Shown here one piece after another: positions 26,200-37,844 of a DNA stretch of 64,000 nucleotides; within the stretch, counting starts at the first letter, position 1, and every line of letters starts with the position of its first letter. Below the pieces are notes generated by a model. It was not told the origin of the DNA, made no database searches, and was given only the letters and a program-made list of their open reading frames with translations. This stretch comes from Eubacteriales bacterium (GTDB taxonomy: Bacteria > Bacillota > Clostridia > Oscillospirales > CAG-272): assembly GCA_045632305.1 (NCBI GenBank), contig JAZQWL010000033.1, positions 194 to 64,193 of the forward strand, written 5' to 3'. The translations under genes and the position numbers were made by a program.

Positions 26200-26719
26200 A
26201 GCTTTTACTCTTTATAATTTCCGCCAACTGGCTAATATTGCCCTCATTGATCGTAGGGAGCGAAATATCATCCCTCGCCTGACCGTTTTCACCGCCGCCG
26301 AGAATGTCGGCGCGCACTATTTTAATGATCATTTTATCAAATCCCGTATGCTTATCGGGGTTCATATCTCCACCAAAGCAGGTTATAGCCGCGGCGTTAT
26401 CCCGCAGATCCTTCGGGAAATTTTTGATCATATAATCATCGAAAAGATCCACAAAGCCGAGGCACAAAAAATATCCGACGTTTAAGTTAAGCAATCTGTC
26501 GTGATTTGTCTTTACAAAATTTTTGATTTTTTTATGGATCTTACCCATTCGAATTGACGAGCCGACCAGCACGAAATCAAAGTCCTCAAGCGTGGGAATT
26601 TCACGGCATTGACCAAGATCGCAACGCGTTATTTTTGCCTGCGGCAAATATTTTTCCAAAATATCAAGGGAGGTCGTAACCGTCCCCGTTCTCGTAGTAT
26701 ATATGATAAGTAAATTCAT
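26198..26719 (-). CDS. Flavodoxin-domain protein (HemG/flavodoxin_5-like)
   Basis: The ATG at 26719 has a GGAGA RBS and gives MNLLIIYTTRTGTVTT... (173 aa). The 69 upstream codons in the track ORF run through the ligA promoter and start, and have no RBS. Confidence 0.65.
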   Translation of the reverse strand: MNLLIIYTTRTGTVTTSLDILEKYLPQAKITRCDLGQCREIPTLEDFDFVLVGSSIRMGKIHKKIKNFVKTNHDRLLNLNVGYFLCLGFVDLFDDYMIKNFPKDLRDNAAAITCFGGDMNPDKHTGFDKMIIKIVRADILGGGENGQARDDISLPTINEGNISQLAEIIKSKS

Positions 26720-26806
26720 TTCAGTCTCCGTATAAGTTTGTAAATTCATTATATACCACTTTGCAAAAAAAATCAAGTGTATACGCCTGCAAATGCGAGT
26801 TTTCTC

Positions 26807-26835
26807 TTGAAATAATGTCAAAAATATGATATAAT
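26807..26835 (+). promoter_or_regulatory. SigA-type promoter of ligA
   Basis: TTGAAA (26807-26812), 17-nt spacer, TGaTATAAT (26827-26835). Confidence 0.55.
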
Positions 26836-26837
26836 AA

Positions 26838-29437
<2,600 letters not shown>

Positions 29438-29525
29438 ATTCTACCCTTTCTGCTATATTCGTCTTCCTTCACATTTTATGCAAGCGGAAAGAGTTAAGTG
29501 ATACCGCAAAAGAAAGGACAGCAAA

Positions 29526-30437
29526 ATGTCAAACCCTTTAAATGAAGAACTGAACAATCTTCCCGAGATTGGTGAACAAAAAAACCGTGTCGAGGGAGGC
29601 ACCCTTTATCTTGTGGCAACCCCCGTAGGCAATCTTGCGGATCTCTCATCAAGAGCCATCAAGGTGCTTTCCGAGGTTGACTTTATCGCCGCTGAGGACA
29701 CGAGAAACTCTATGCGACTTCTCCGTTACCTCGGCATTTCAAAGCCCATGGTCTCCTACTTTGAGCATAACAAGAGAACGCACGGAGATATGATCTGCGA
29801 GCGGCTTATGTCGGGTGACTCCTGCGCGCTTATAACTGACGCAGGCACTCCCGCGATCTCCGATCCGGGTGAAGATATCGTCGCTCTCTGCGCCGAAAAA
29901 AATATTCCCGTAACTTCAATTCCCGGCGCATGCGCCGCAATTTTGGCACTCACGCTCTCGGGCCTTCCCACGGGCAGATTTACCTTTGAGGGCTTCCTTT
30001 CCGCAGACAAAAAAGAACGCCGCGAGCGCCTTGACGAATTAAAAAACGAATACAGAACAATGATATTCCACGAAGCGCCTCACAAGCTTATCGCAACGCT
30101 GACCGACATGCAAACGGCATTCGGCGGATGCCGCAGAATTTCCCTTTGCCGCGAAATGACTAAGCTCAATGAGGACGTAATGCGTACCACTCTCGACGGT
30201 GCGCTTGAACATTATTCGACAACCGCGCCCCGCGGTGAGTACGTGCTTGTAGTCGAGGGCATCGACAAAAACGCGATCAAAAATGAGGAGCAGACCAATC
30301 TTCTCGCCCTTGATATTGAAGCGCATGTTCAGTACTACATAGACGGCGGCATGTCGAAAAACGATGCAATCAAAAAATGCGCCAAGGACCGCGGCGTTCA
30401 TAAAAACGAAATCTATCAGGTTGTGATGAAAAAATAA
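29526..30437 (+). CDS. rsmI: 16S rRNA (cytidine1402-2'-O)-methyltransferase
   Basis: 303 aa with GTLYLVATPVGNLADLSSRAIKVLSEVDFIAAEDTR and the tetrapyrrole-methylase fold typical of RsmI. Confidence 0.9.
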   Translation: MSNPLNEELNNLPEIGEQKNRVEGGTLYLVATPVGNLADLSSRAIKVLSEVDFIAAEDTRNSMRLLRYLGISKPMVSYFEHNKRTHGDMICERLMSGDSCALITDAGTPAISDPGEDIVALCAEKNIPVTSIPGACAAILALTLSGLPTGRFTFEGFLSADKKERRERLDELKNEYRTMIFHEAPHKLIATLTDMQTAFGGCRRISLCREMTKLNEDVMRTTLDGALEHYSTTAPRGEYVLVVEGIDKNAIKNEEQTNLLALDIEAHVQYYIDGGMSKNDAIKKCAKDRGVHKNEIYQVVMKK

Positions 30438-30439
30438 AG

Positions 30440-30468
30440 AAAAGGACGGAAAATTCCGTCCTTTTTTA
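30440..30468. terminator. Bidirectional terminator between rsmI and the DUF3737 gene
   Basis: Stem aaaaggacgga/tccgtcctttt with loop aaat. Confidence 0.8.
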
Positions 30469-31305
30469 TTATCTTATTTTGATTTCTCCGTTACATTCCA
30501 TAACGGCATCTTCGTTTATGATCTCACCGACGGAGTCCGCAATAACGTATCCACTCTTAACGTTCTTTACGGAAACTATATCACCGATAACGTCTGCCTC
30601 AACCGAAGAATACTCAAACGAAAGGTCCGTATCGATCATCTTACAGTTTACAAGCTTTAAATTCTCACAATAACAAAGCGGCTGTGTGCCAATTATCGTA
30701 CAATCGATCAAGGTAAGATCCTTTGAGAACCACGCGAGGTATTCGCCCTTGACAATGGAATTTTTAACTGTGATATTTTCACTGTGCCAAAAAGCGTCCT
30801 TTGTATCGAGATTGGAATCCTCGATTACAAGATTCTTCATATACTGAAAAGAATATTTTCCCGTAAAATCAAGATTCTTGATATGTACGTCGGAGGAATC
30901 GAACATCATATACTGGGAATTTATCTTGGAATTTTCAATATATATATTCTTGCTCTTCCAACCGAATTCAATAGAATCGATATTGCAATTTTTAACCTTG
31001 ATATTCTCACATTCACGAACCGCTTTAACGGAATTTATACTTGTGCCGATAATCTCGCCGTTATTTGAATACCAAATAGGCGCTCTTGTGAATTCGTCAA
31101 GCGTGGAATTCTCAAGTGTAAATCCCTGCACGTGCCAAAGAGGATAACGAAGAGAAAAAGCGCAATTCTCTACTCTTACGTTTCTCGCTTCCTTGAGCTG
31201 GCTCTCACCATCCGCCTCACCCGCAAATATGCAATTCTTCACCGTCGCGTCTTTAAGGTTATACAGAGCGCGCTCAGCGTCGAACTTCTTGTTTTCTATA
31301 ATCAT
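30469..31305 (-). CDS. DUF3737-family beta-helix repeat protein
   Basis: The ATG at 31305 follows GAGGTGAG. It has repetitive V.N(C/S) beta-helix turns and landmarks YPLWH, IWYSNN, AFWHSEN, GEYLAWFSKDLTLIDC and GTQPLCYC that I recognise from DUF3737 proteins. Confidence 0.65.
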   Translation of the reverse strand: MIIENKKFDAERALYNLKDATVKNCIFAGEADGESQLKEARNVRVENCAFSLRYPLWHVQGFTLENSTLDEFTRAPIWYSNNGEIIGTSINSVKAVRECENIKVKNCNIDSIEFGWKSKNIYIENSKINSQYMMFDSSDVHIKNLDFTGKYSFQYMKNLVIEDSNLDTKDAFWHSENITVKNSIVKGEYLAWFSKDLTLIDCTIIGTQPLCYCENLKLVNCKMIDTDLSFEYSSVEADVIGDIVSVKNVKSGYVIADSVGEIINEDAVMECNGEIKIR

Positions 31306-31364
31306 TTCTCTCACCTCATAATAATATAAATACAGTATATCATAAAAGGCGAATTTTGTCAATC

Positions 31365-31398
31365 AAAAAAGAGCAGTTGCGGATTTCTCCGCAACTGC
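31365..31398 (-). terminator. Rho-independent terminator after the surface nuclease gene
   Basis: Stem gcagttgcgga/tccgcaactgc with loop tttc, followed by a U6 tract on the minus strand. Confidence 0.8.
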
Positions 31399-31413
31399 CA
31401 TACTTTTTATAAA

Positions 31414-34400
31414 TTATTCTTCATTCTTCTTTTTTCTGTAGAAGAACATGGGAACTGCGATTGCAATGATCACTGCGGAAATGCCGCTAATGGAGGATTT
31501 ACATCCCTTCTTGCCGTCGCCATCACCTTCACCCTCGGGAGCAGCTGTGCCTGCTTCTGCCGTGGGAGCTTCACCGCCCGCAACTGTTGTTGTCTGCTCT
31601 GTGGGAGCTTCAGTTGTGGATTCTTCAGTGGGCTCTTCTGTGGGCTCATTAGTAGGAGCTTCTGTGGGCTGTTCAGTGGGCTCCTCAGTGGGCTCCTCAG
31701 TGGGAGTTTCCGTTGTGTTTTCTTCGGGAGCTGTTGTACCCTCTTCACCTGTGCCACCCTGATTGTCATCATCGCCACCGGGTGTGCCGCTCTCAACTGC
31801 AGAGAGGAAGATCATAAAGGGCTCGTAGGAGAGCTTGTTTGCTCCGATAGTTGTGTACGTATTGTCGTTTCTTGTACCGAATACGTATTCATTGCCATCA
31901 ACTACAGCAACGAGAGTATTGAGCGCTTCGTTGTATGTATAAACTGTAGAAGGAGCATTCTCGTAAACTGCGTTCACGTGTGTACCGCTAACTACCATGT
32001 TAAGATACTTCTTAGCTCCATTGATAGTTGTGGAAACGTAGTAACCACCGTTTGCCTCTTCGATAACGAATACGAGAGCGGAATTGATATTCTCGGTTGT
32101 TGCGAGATAGTAACCGCTGACTTCACCGTTGAGGTAAACTACCTTGCCTGCCGCAGTCTGATTCATGCCAATCTTGTAACCCTGACCAACTACAAGACCT
32201 TCACCGGAGGGAGTGCTGGGCTTAGCCGTTGTATCTTCCTCGGGAGGATTTACAGGTGTGTTGGTTGTATCTTCCTCAACGGGAGGATTTACAGGTGTAT
32301 CAGGTGTACCTTCCGTAGCATCTACGAGCACGAATGTGTAGATCGTAATATCGGATGTTTCATTGATACCGTAAACAGTAAGATAACCCTTGTATACTTC
32401 GAGATACTGGGGATTGCCGTTGTAGTTTGCGCTCTGGCACTTGATCAACCAACCGCCATCTGTAGAGACAAACTCAAACTTTGTATTAGCTTCCTGAGTA
32501 TTAACAAGTCTTACGTTTGTTCCGTCAGCGTAAAGATACTTGCCACCGTTCATAAAGGAATAGGAGCCGTCGCTGTTCTTTACTACTGTCCACTTAGCCG
32601 CCTCATCCTTGTTTGTAGTCATATAAAGCTGATCCTTTGTAGATCCGCTGGAGCTTGTATAAACGTAAGGGTTGCTTGTAACGTAGCTTGTTCCGTTCTG
32701 GAGAATGATTGTTTCGGGAACCTCAACAGAAGGAGCATCGGGCTTTTCTGTAGGAGCTTCTGTAGGAGCTTCTGTAGGAGCTTCTGTAGGTCTTTCTGTA
32801 GGTGTTTCTGTAGGTGTTTCTGTAGGTCTTTCTGTGGGTGTTTCAACCTCGCCGCCACCAACGTCGTCACCGCCCTCGGAACCACCAACGGGAGCATAAA
32901 CTACTTCGATATTTGCAACGTAAACTCTTGTTGTCTTATCTGTGCCCGTTGTTGTAACAACGATCTCGGTTACACCGTCGTTTGCTGTAATTGTATAAGC
33001 ACCGCCTGTAAGCGCAGATGCTGTACCGCCTGTTACGGAAATAGGACCTCTTCCTGCGGTGTGATCAGCCAAAGTAAGCTTTACTGTGCTAAGCTCATAA
33101 CCTGCAGCAGCCTTAATTGTAAGAGTATTGCCGTTCTGATAAAGTCTGATGCTTTCGGAGAAAATAGTGGGATCTGTTCCACCGCTGCCCTTTGCTGCAA
33201 CAATGGTAATATTATTGTCAAGCTTGATCTGCTTATCGGAGATGATACCTGTGGTCTGACCTACGGTTACACCTGCGATTTCAGCAATCTGTGTATGAGT
33301 TTTTGAAACCCTTCCACTCTCATCCGTTACAGGAGGTGTTACAGGAGTAGCCGTTGTTGTTTCCTCGGGCTTCTTTGTTGTTGTTTCCTCGGGAGGAGTT
33401 GTGCCGCCAATATCGTCATCGCCTGCCACGTCTTCAACGAAGAAATTAACAATATAAGGATTGTCACGGCTGATATCAACAGGACCTACGGTTGTATAAG
33501 TCTTATCACTTCTTGTACCGAGGGCATAAGTGCCGCCGTTTGCCGAAGTAACAAGAGTCTTGAGCGTAGCGTCGTAAGTCCATACCGTGTTAGGTGTGGT
33601 TTCATATACAGCGTTTACGTGCGTGCCGCTAACCGTAACGTTAATATAGGTCTTTGTGCCACCGTTCAAATAGTAGAGATAAGATCCACCGTTTGTTGCT
33701 TCAATATAGAAATCGAGACCGTTCTCAAAGCCCTCTGCTGTATCAAGGTAATACGTAGCAGCCATGCCACCCTTGATATAAACCGTCTTGCCTGCAGCTG
33801 TCTGGTTCATACCAACCTTGTAAGCTGTGCCTACAACGGGCTCAACTGCCGTATAGTTAGGAGTTGTTGTGTCTCCCGTGTTGCCGTCGTCAGAGTCACC
33901 GCCTGCAGGAGGAGTGGGAACCTCGCCGCCTGCCGCAATACCGGAGGGTGTATACATTACGGGGATTTCCTCACCGAAGAGGAGGTATGCGTACTCGGGA
34001 TAGTCAACGAATACGTTTCTTGTGCCTGTAATAGATTCAACAGCGTCGTTTCTACCAAGCTCCCATGTATCAACGGGGTCGATCTCGATCCAAGTAAGGA
34101 GGAGGTCGATGCTCTCAATTACACCGTTTGTACCAACGATAGTTGAATTACCGTTATACTGTGTGGATGTACATCCCCAACGAACGTATGTATAAAGAAC
34201 GATTCTTGCTACGTCACCGCGAAGGTCAAGTGCGCCACCGGATTCGGAGTTAGGGTTATAGTAACTGCCGCCGGAGCCGTATGCCTTGTTACCGCGGCTT
34301 CCGTTTTCAGAGGAAGCTGTCGGACGGAGCATCATAATATCATTTTCGCCGTTGCCGGACATATCGCCCTTAGAGTTAGGCCAGCAATGCTCTCTGTTCC

Positions 34401-34890
34401 ACGTAGAGCCACCATCCCAAGCAGGACCGATCTTATCGCCCGAATAGAACGAAGAGATACCTGCGGAATAATTACCGTTTACACAGTCTGTGTACTTGAA
34501 GAGATCTCTTGTTGCATTATAGCTGGTCTCATAATCATGAGCAGACACCATAATGTCCTGAAGTGCGTCATACAATGCACTGTTATGCGCATTTGTTTCG
34601 TTTGTGCCACCAGCAAGCGCAGACACTACGTCAAACGTATCGCCTGTCTTATAGAAGTTCAAAGCGTATGTGGTAAGGAATGTAGAAACCTCACCTCTCG
34701 CGCCCCAGTTAGCAACGTATTCGCCAACCTTCACATAGTCAACGTCATCTGCAGAATCGTAACCTGTTGAATTACCAACGAGTGTTGTCGAATAAGTAGC
34801 AACGTCACTTGCAAAAACGCCAACTGTGAGCATCTGCAAAATCATAAAAATTACGATAAGCAGAGATAAGCTCTTAATGTGTTTTTTCAT
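31414..34890 (-). CDS. Large secreted, C-terminally membrane-anchored endonuclease I-family nuclease with accessory beta-rich modules and PT linkers
   Basis: The ATG at 34890 has an AAGGAGA RBS, followed by a signal peptide (LSLLIVIFMILQMLTVGVFA). Endonuclease I motifs are WNREHCWPNSKGD and NDIMMLRPTASSENGSRGNKAYG. It also has two homologous ~130-aa modules, a ricin-like segment and PTE repeats. The C-terminal TM helix plus RKKKNEE tail lacks LPXTG. Confidence 0.75.
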   Translation of the reverse strand: MKKHIKSLSLLIVIFMILQMLTVGVFASDVATYSTTLVGNSTGYDSADDVDYVKVGEYVANWGARGEVSTFLTTYALNFYKTGDTFDVVSALAGGTNETNAHNSALYDALQDIMVSAHDYETSYNATRDLFKYTDCVNGNYSAGISSFYSGDKIGPAWDGGSTWNREHCWPNSKGDMSGNGENDIMMLRPTASSENGSRGNKAYGSGGSYYNPNSESGGALDLRGDVARIVLYTYVRWGCTSTQYNGNSTIVGTNGVIESIDLLLTWIEIDPVDTWELGRNDAVESITGTRNVFVDYPEYAYLLFGEEIPVMYTPSGIAAGGEVPTPPAGGDSDDGNTGDTTTPNYTAVEPVVGTAYKVGMNQTAAGKTVYIKGGMAATYYLDTAEGFENGLDFYIEATNGGSYLYYLNGGTKTYINVTVSGTHVNAVYETTPNTVWTYDATLKTLVTSANGGTYALGTRSDKTYTTVGPVDISRDNPYIVNFFVEDVAGDDDIGGTTPPEETTTKKPEETTTATPVTPPVTDESGRVSKTHTQIAEIAGVTVGQTTGIISDKQIKLDNNITIVAAKGSGGTDPTIFSESIRLYQNGNTLTIKAAAGYELSTVKLTLADHTAGRGPISVTGGTASALTGGAYTITANDGVTEIVVTTTGTDKTTRVYVANIEVVYAPVGGSEGGDDVGGGEVETPTERPTETPTETPTERPTEAPTEAPTEAPTEKPDAPSVEVPETIILQNGTSYVTSNPYVYTSSSGSTKDQLYMTTNKDEAAKWTVVKNSDGSYSFMNGGKYLYADGTNVRLVNTQEANTKFEFVSTDGGWLIKCQSANYNGNPQYLEVYKGYLTVYGINETSDITIYTFVLVDATEGTPDTPVNPPVEEDTTNTPVNPPEEDTTAKPSTPSGEGLVVGQGYKIGMNQTAAGKVVYLNGEVSGYYLATTENINSALVFVIEEANGGYYVSTTINGAKKYLNMVVSGTHVNAVYENAPSTVYTYNEALNTLVAVVDGNEYVFGTRNDNTYTTIGANKLSYEPFMIFLSAVESGTPGGDDDNQGGTGEEGTTAPEENTTETPTEEPTEEPTEQPTEAPTNEPTEEPTEESTTEAPTEQTTTVAGGEAPTAEAGTAAPEGEGDGDGKKGCKSSISGISAVIIAIAVPMFFYRKKKNEE
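32746..32841 (-). repeat. 8 tandem 12-nt repeats encoding a (PTEx) linker
   Basis: On the plus strand: ttctgtaggagc x3, then ttctgtaggtct, ttctgtaggtgt x2, ttctgtaggtct, ttctgtgggtgt. Together they encode TPTERPTETPTETPTERPTEAPTEAPTEAPTE. Confidence 0.9.
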
Positions 34891-34931
34891 AATTTGTCTC
34901 CTTTGAAAAATTTTCATAGTCTTACATTGTA

Positions 34932-34974
34932 ATTATATCACACAAATTCCATTAATTGATGAATAATCAATTAA
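34932..34974 (-). promoter_or_regulatory. Putative extended -10 promoter of the nuclease gene overlapped by a 23-bp palindrome
   Basis: The minus strand has TGaTATAAT (34932-34940) and a weak -35 ATCAAT. A perfect inverted repeat TTAATTGAT-N5-ATCAATTAA (34952-34974) covers the -35 region. Confidence 0.4.
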
Positions 34975-35002
34975 CACAAAATAGTTTTTTGATGAAATTT
35001 CG

Positions 35003-35031
35003 AAAAAGACCGCAGTTTTTGCGGTCTTTTT
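35003..35031. terminator. Terminator after the GH78 gene
   Basis: Stem agaccgc/gcggtct with a 7-nt loop, flanked by A5 and T5. Confidence 0.7.
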
Positions 35032-35033
35032 AC

Positions 35034-37046
35034 TTATTTTTTATAAACGATTCTGCCAACCTCGGGCATCACGGGAAGAATATTTTCCGCAAGCACCGAA
35101 ATCGGAGCGGTTGCCCACGGGTGACAAAGACTCGTGTTCCACTTTTGATCCTTGCCCCACGCCTCAAAGCAGGTAGTTGCGCCCTCGCGAACCATGTTAT
35201 ACCACGAATGCTCGCCCTCATCAACAATAAGCGCAAGCGCGTCCTCGTATCTACCCACGCGGCACAATGCCTTGAGCAAAAAGTACGACATATAAACGCC
35301 CGTGCAGTTGCCTCGTTTTACAAGATAGTCCGAAACGCTCTGCTCCGCATCATCGTCTGCAAATCCGAAGAAAAGCGGCATAATATTGGAATGCACCGCT
35401 CCGTGATCACTGCCCTTTGCATCAACGTAAATTCCAAGATCCGGACGGTAAAACTCCTCGTTAAACGCGCGTATCAAACGCTTGCTTTCGTTTTCTCTCG
35501 CAATTCCGAGAATCCCCGACATGCTCTCAACGAGAATTGTGCAGCCAATGTAAAAAGCATTCATCACGTTATGCGCGCCCGTTCCCTTTTCCATGGGGTT
35601 TGTGAGCGGAAAATCATAATTATCGCGAAGATTCTGCGGCCAGTCAACAAGATTCCACTTATCCGTTACGTCACAAAGGAGTCCATCCTCACGGGCAAAC
35701 TTCTTGAAATATGATAATATACCTTCACTGACCTTATAATTTCTAAGAAGATATTCTCTGTTTCCCGTATATTTGTAATGGCGGAACGCAAGGATCGGGA
35801 ACTGACATGAATAGTCGGCAATTTCCTGCATGTGCGAGCCGGGAGTTACAGCCATAAGTCCCGAGCAGATCACGCCCGATTGCACCTGATTGTCGATCGC
35901 CTTTTCGAAAAGAGATACGTCGTCCGTAAGTACAAGGTGGGATGCGCCCGTAATAGTCATGTCTCCCGCATACTGCCCCTTCTCTCGTCCGGGACAGTCA
36001 ACGTAAACCTCCTGCGCGCCGTATTTAACGGTATTCTTACAGAGATTAAAGACCGCGCGAAGCACCTCATTGTCGGTTTCTATATTACAGTAATCATCAT
36101 CAAAGGGATAGTGTCGAACGATTGCTCTGACGCTCTTGATCTTGACATTTCCGTTGGGTGTCAAGGCGGCATATCTGAACGCCTTGTATTCGTACTGCTC
36201 GATTTTGTTCTCACCCTGACGAAGCGTAATAATATCCTCATAATTGCAAAGCGAGCGCATCTTGTATCTGACACTTCCGTCATCGTTGAGCTCCTCACCG
36301 AAATGCGCGACGACAGTATCTCCGTCATCTCCATCAGCTTCAATTTCAAGGCCTGCGGTGATCTCCGTTCCAAAGTCAAGCCACAGTGTGCCGTCATCAA
36401 GAATTTTTTCATTGACAGCATCTTTTTTATATACGGACAAAGGTGTTACGGGCTTTATATCGAAGGTATGGTCAAGCTCTCGCAACGCCGCGTTTTCCCA
36501 CGAAAATTCCATTTTGCGATTATCGAAATTCTCGGCAAAATCGGTATTATAGCCGTTTATGTGCGTCACGTAATACGCGTCCGTCGTGCTGCAAAGCCAG
36601 CTTTCATCGGTAGCCGATATAACCTCATCACCCGAGAAAATTTCTGCGATCATGCCGAGACGACCGTCACCGCTCATATAGTAACGGTTGATAAGTCCCT
36701 GATAGTAGCAATGAACGAACACCTCATTTTCACCGTCACGCAAAATGTCCGAGAGATCATACTCGTTGAAATAGTAATTGAAATGATAACCCTGCGCAGG
36801 TCCCTGACCGACAAATTTTCCGTTTACGTAGAGCTTATAATAATCGTCAGCCGTTATTCTTATTTTCACGCCGTCGGTATTTTCAATATAAATATTCTTT
36901 TTGAAATAAAAATGCAAATTCGAGACGCCGCTGACGGGAGTCATTCCCTTCGAATCTATCTCCTTGCAAAGAAGATTCTTGATCTCAAGATTTGAAAAGC
37001 ATTCGGGGCATATCCATTTTGCACCCGAAAAAATTCTATTGCTCAT
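35034..37046 (-). CDS. GH78-family alpha-L-rhamnosidase-like glycoside hydrolase
   Basis: 670 aa with an N-terminal rhamnosidase-type beta-sandwich (YYKLYVNGKFVGQGPAQGY...) and a six-hairpin catalytic region containing VDCPGREKGQYAGD. Confidence 0.65.
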   Translation of the reverse strand: MSNRIFSGAKWICPECFSNLEIKNLLCKEIDSKGMTPVSGVSNLHFYFKKNIYIENTDGVKIRITADDYYKLYVNGKFVGQGPAQGYHFNYYFNEYDLSDILRDGENEVFVHCYYQGLINRYYMSGDGRLGMIAEIFSGDEVISATDESWLCSTTDAYYVTHINGYNTDFAENFDNRKMEFSWENAALRELDHTFDIKPVTPLSVYKKDAVNEKILDDGTLWLDFGTEITAGLEIEADGDDGDTVVAHFGEELNDDGSVRYKMRSLCNYEDIITLRQGENKIEQYEYKAFRYAALTPNGNVKIKSVRAIVRHYPFDDDYCNIETDNEVLRAVFNLCKNTVKYGAQEVYVDCPGREKGQYAGDMTITGASHLVLTDDVSLFEKAIDNQVQSGVICSGLMAVTPGSHMQEIADYSCQFPILAFRHYKYTGNREYLLRNYKVSEGILSYFKKFAREDGLLCDVTDKWNLVDWPQNLRDNYDFPLTNPMEKGTGAHNVMNAFYIGCTILVESMSGILGIARENESKRLIRAFNEEFYRPDLGIYVDAKGSDHGAVHSNIMPLFFGFADDDAEQSVSDYLVKRGNCTGVYMSYFLLKALCRVGRYEDALALIVDEGEHSWYNMVREGATTCFEAWGKDQKWNTSLCHPWATAPISVLAENILPVMPEVGRIVYKK

Positions 37047-37116
37047 AAACGTTACCGCCTTTCACAATACTGAACTAATTATAGCATTATTGTTTTGCTT
37101 TGTCAATAAATTCAAA

Positions 37117-37146
37117 GAAAAATCCGACCTTGACGGTCGGATTTTT
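37117..37146 (-). terminator. Rho-independent terminator after pflA
   Basis: Stem atccgacc/ggtcggat flanked by A and T runs. Confidence 0.75.
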
Positions 37147-37148
37147 AA

Positions 37149-37844
37149 TTATAACAAACTGTTCAGCTCCTGCATCTTCTCGCGTGTCGGCTCGTCCATT
37201 TTTCCAAACGGAAATTCAATCCCCATTTGGTCATATTTCGTCTGACATATCTTGCGGAAAGGCAAAAGCTCTACCTTTTCGATGCATTTGTATGCCGAGA
37301 CAATTTCCTTGAGCGAGCAAATATTTTTTTCAGTATCGTTCACACTCGGAATTATAACCTGACGGATCCATGTCGGAATCTCCTTTTTATCAAGCAATGA
37401 AAGAAATTCAAGAACGGGCGTCATACTGCATCCTGCGTTTTCACGGTATTCCGCGTCACTCGTATATTTAATATCGAGAAGAACTCTGTCGGTCACATCA
37501 AGTAATGAAATAACCGAATCATTCATAATACTTCCCGACGTGTCGATGCAGGTGTCAATACCGTTTTTGTGACAAAGCTCAAACACCTCGCGCACGAAAT
37601 CCGCCTGAAGCAGCGGCTCTCCGCCCGAAACTGTAATTCCGCCCGTCTTTCCAAAATAGGATTTATATCTTAACGCCTTCCCAACTATTTCCTCGGGCGT
37701 ATATTCTGTGCCGCCCCCCGACCATGTGTCGGGATTGTGACAGCACTTGCAGCGGAGGTTACACCCCTGCATAAATACGACAAAACGAACACCCGGGCCG
37801 TCGACCGTGCCGAGACTCTGGATAGAATGAACTCTGCCTATCAT
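37149..37844 (-). CDS. pflA: Pyruvate formate-lyase activating enzyme (radical SAM)
   Basis: 231 aa with the radical SAM motif [15 protein letters not shown]. Its start overlaps the pflB stop by 4 nt. Confidence 0.92.
   Translation of the reverse strand: MIGRVHSIQSLGTVDGPGVRFVVFMQGCNLRCKCCHNPDTWSGGGTEYTPEEIVGKALRYKSYFGKTGGITVSGGEPLLQADFVREVFELCHKNGIDTCIDTSGSIMNDSVISLLDVTDRVLLDIKYTSDAEYRENAGCSMTPVLEFLSLLDKKEIPTWIRQVIIPSVNDTEKNICSLKEIVSAYKCIEKVELLPFRKICQTKYDQMGIEFPFGKMDEPTREKMQELNSLL

Noticed and set aside
31978-33306. 442-aa Cys-rich ORF with FCRS repeats on the plus strand.
   Set aside because: It is a codon-aligned shadow of the surface nuclease gene. The FCRSFCRS repeat is simply the reverse complement of the PTE linker repeats, and the ORF has no RBS.
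34956-36995. 252-aa and 387-aa plus-strand ORFs (34956-35714 and 35832-36995).
   Set aside because: Both are antisense to the GH78 gene. The longer one is codon-aligned (offset of 798 nt). Neither has a start context or a recognisable domain.
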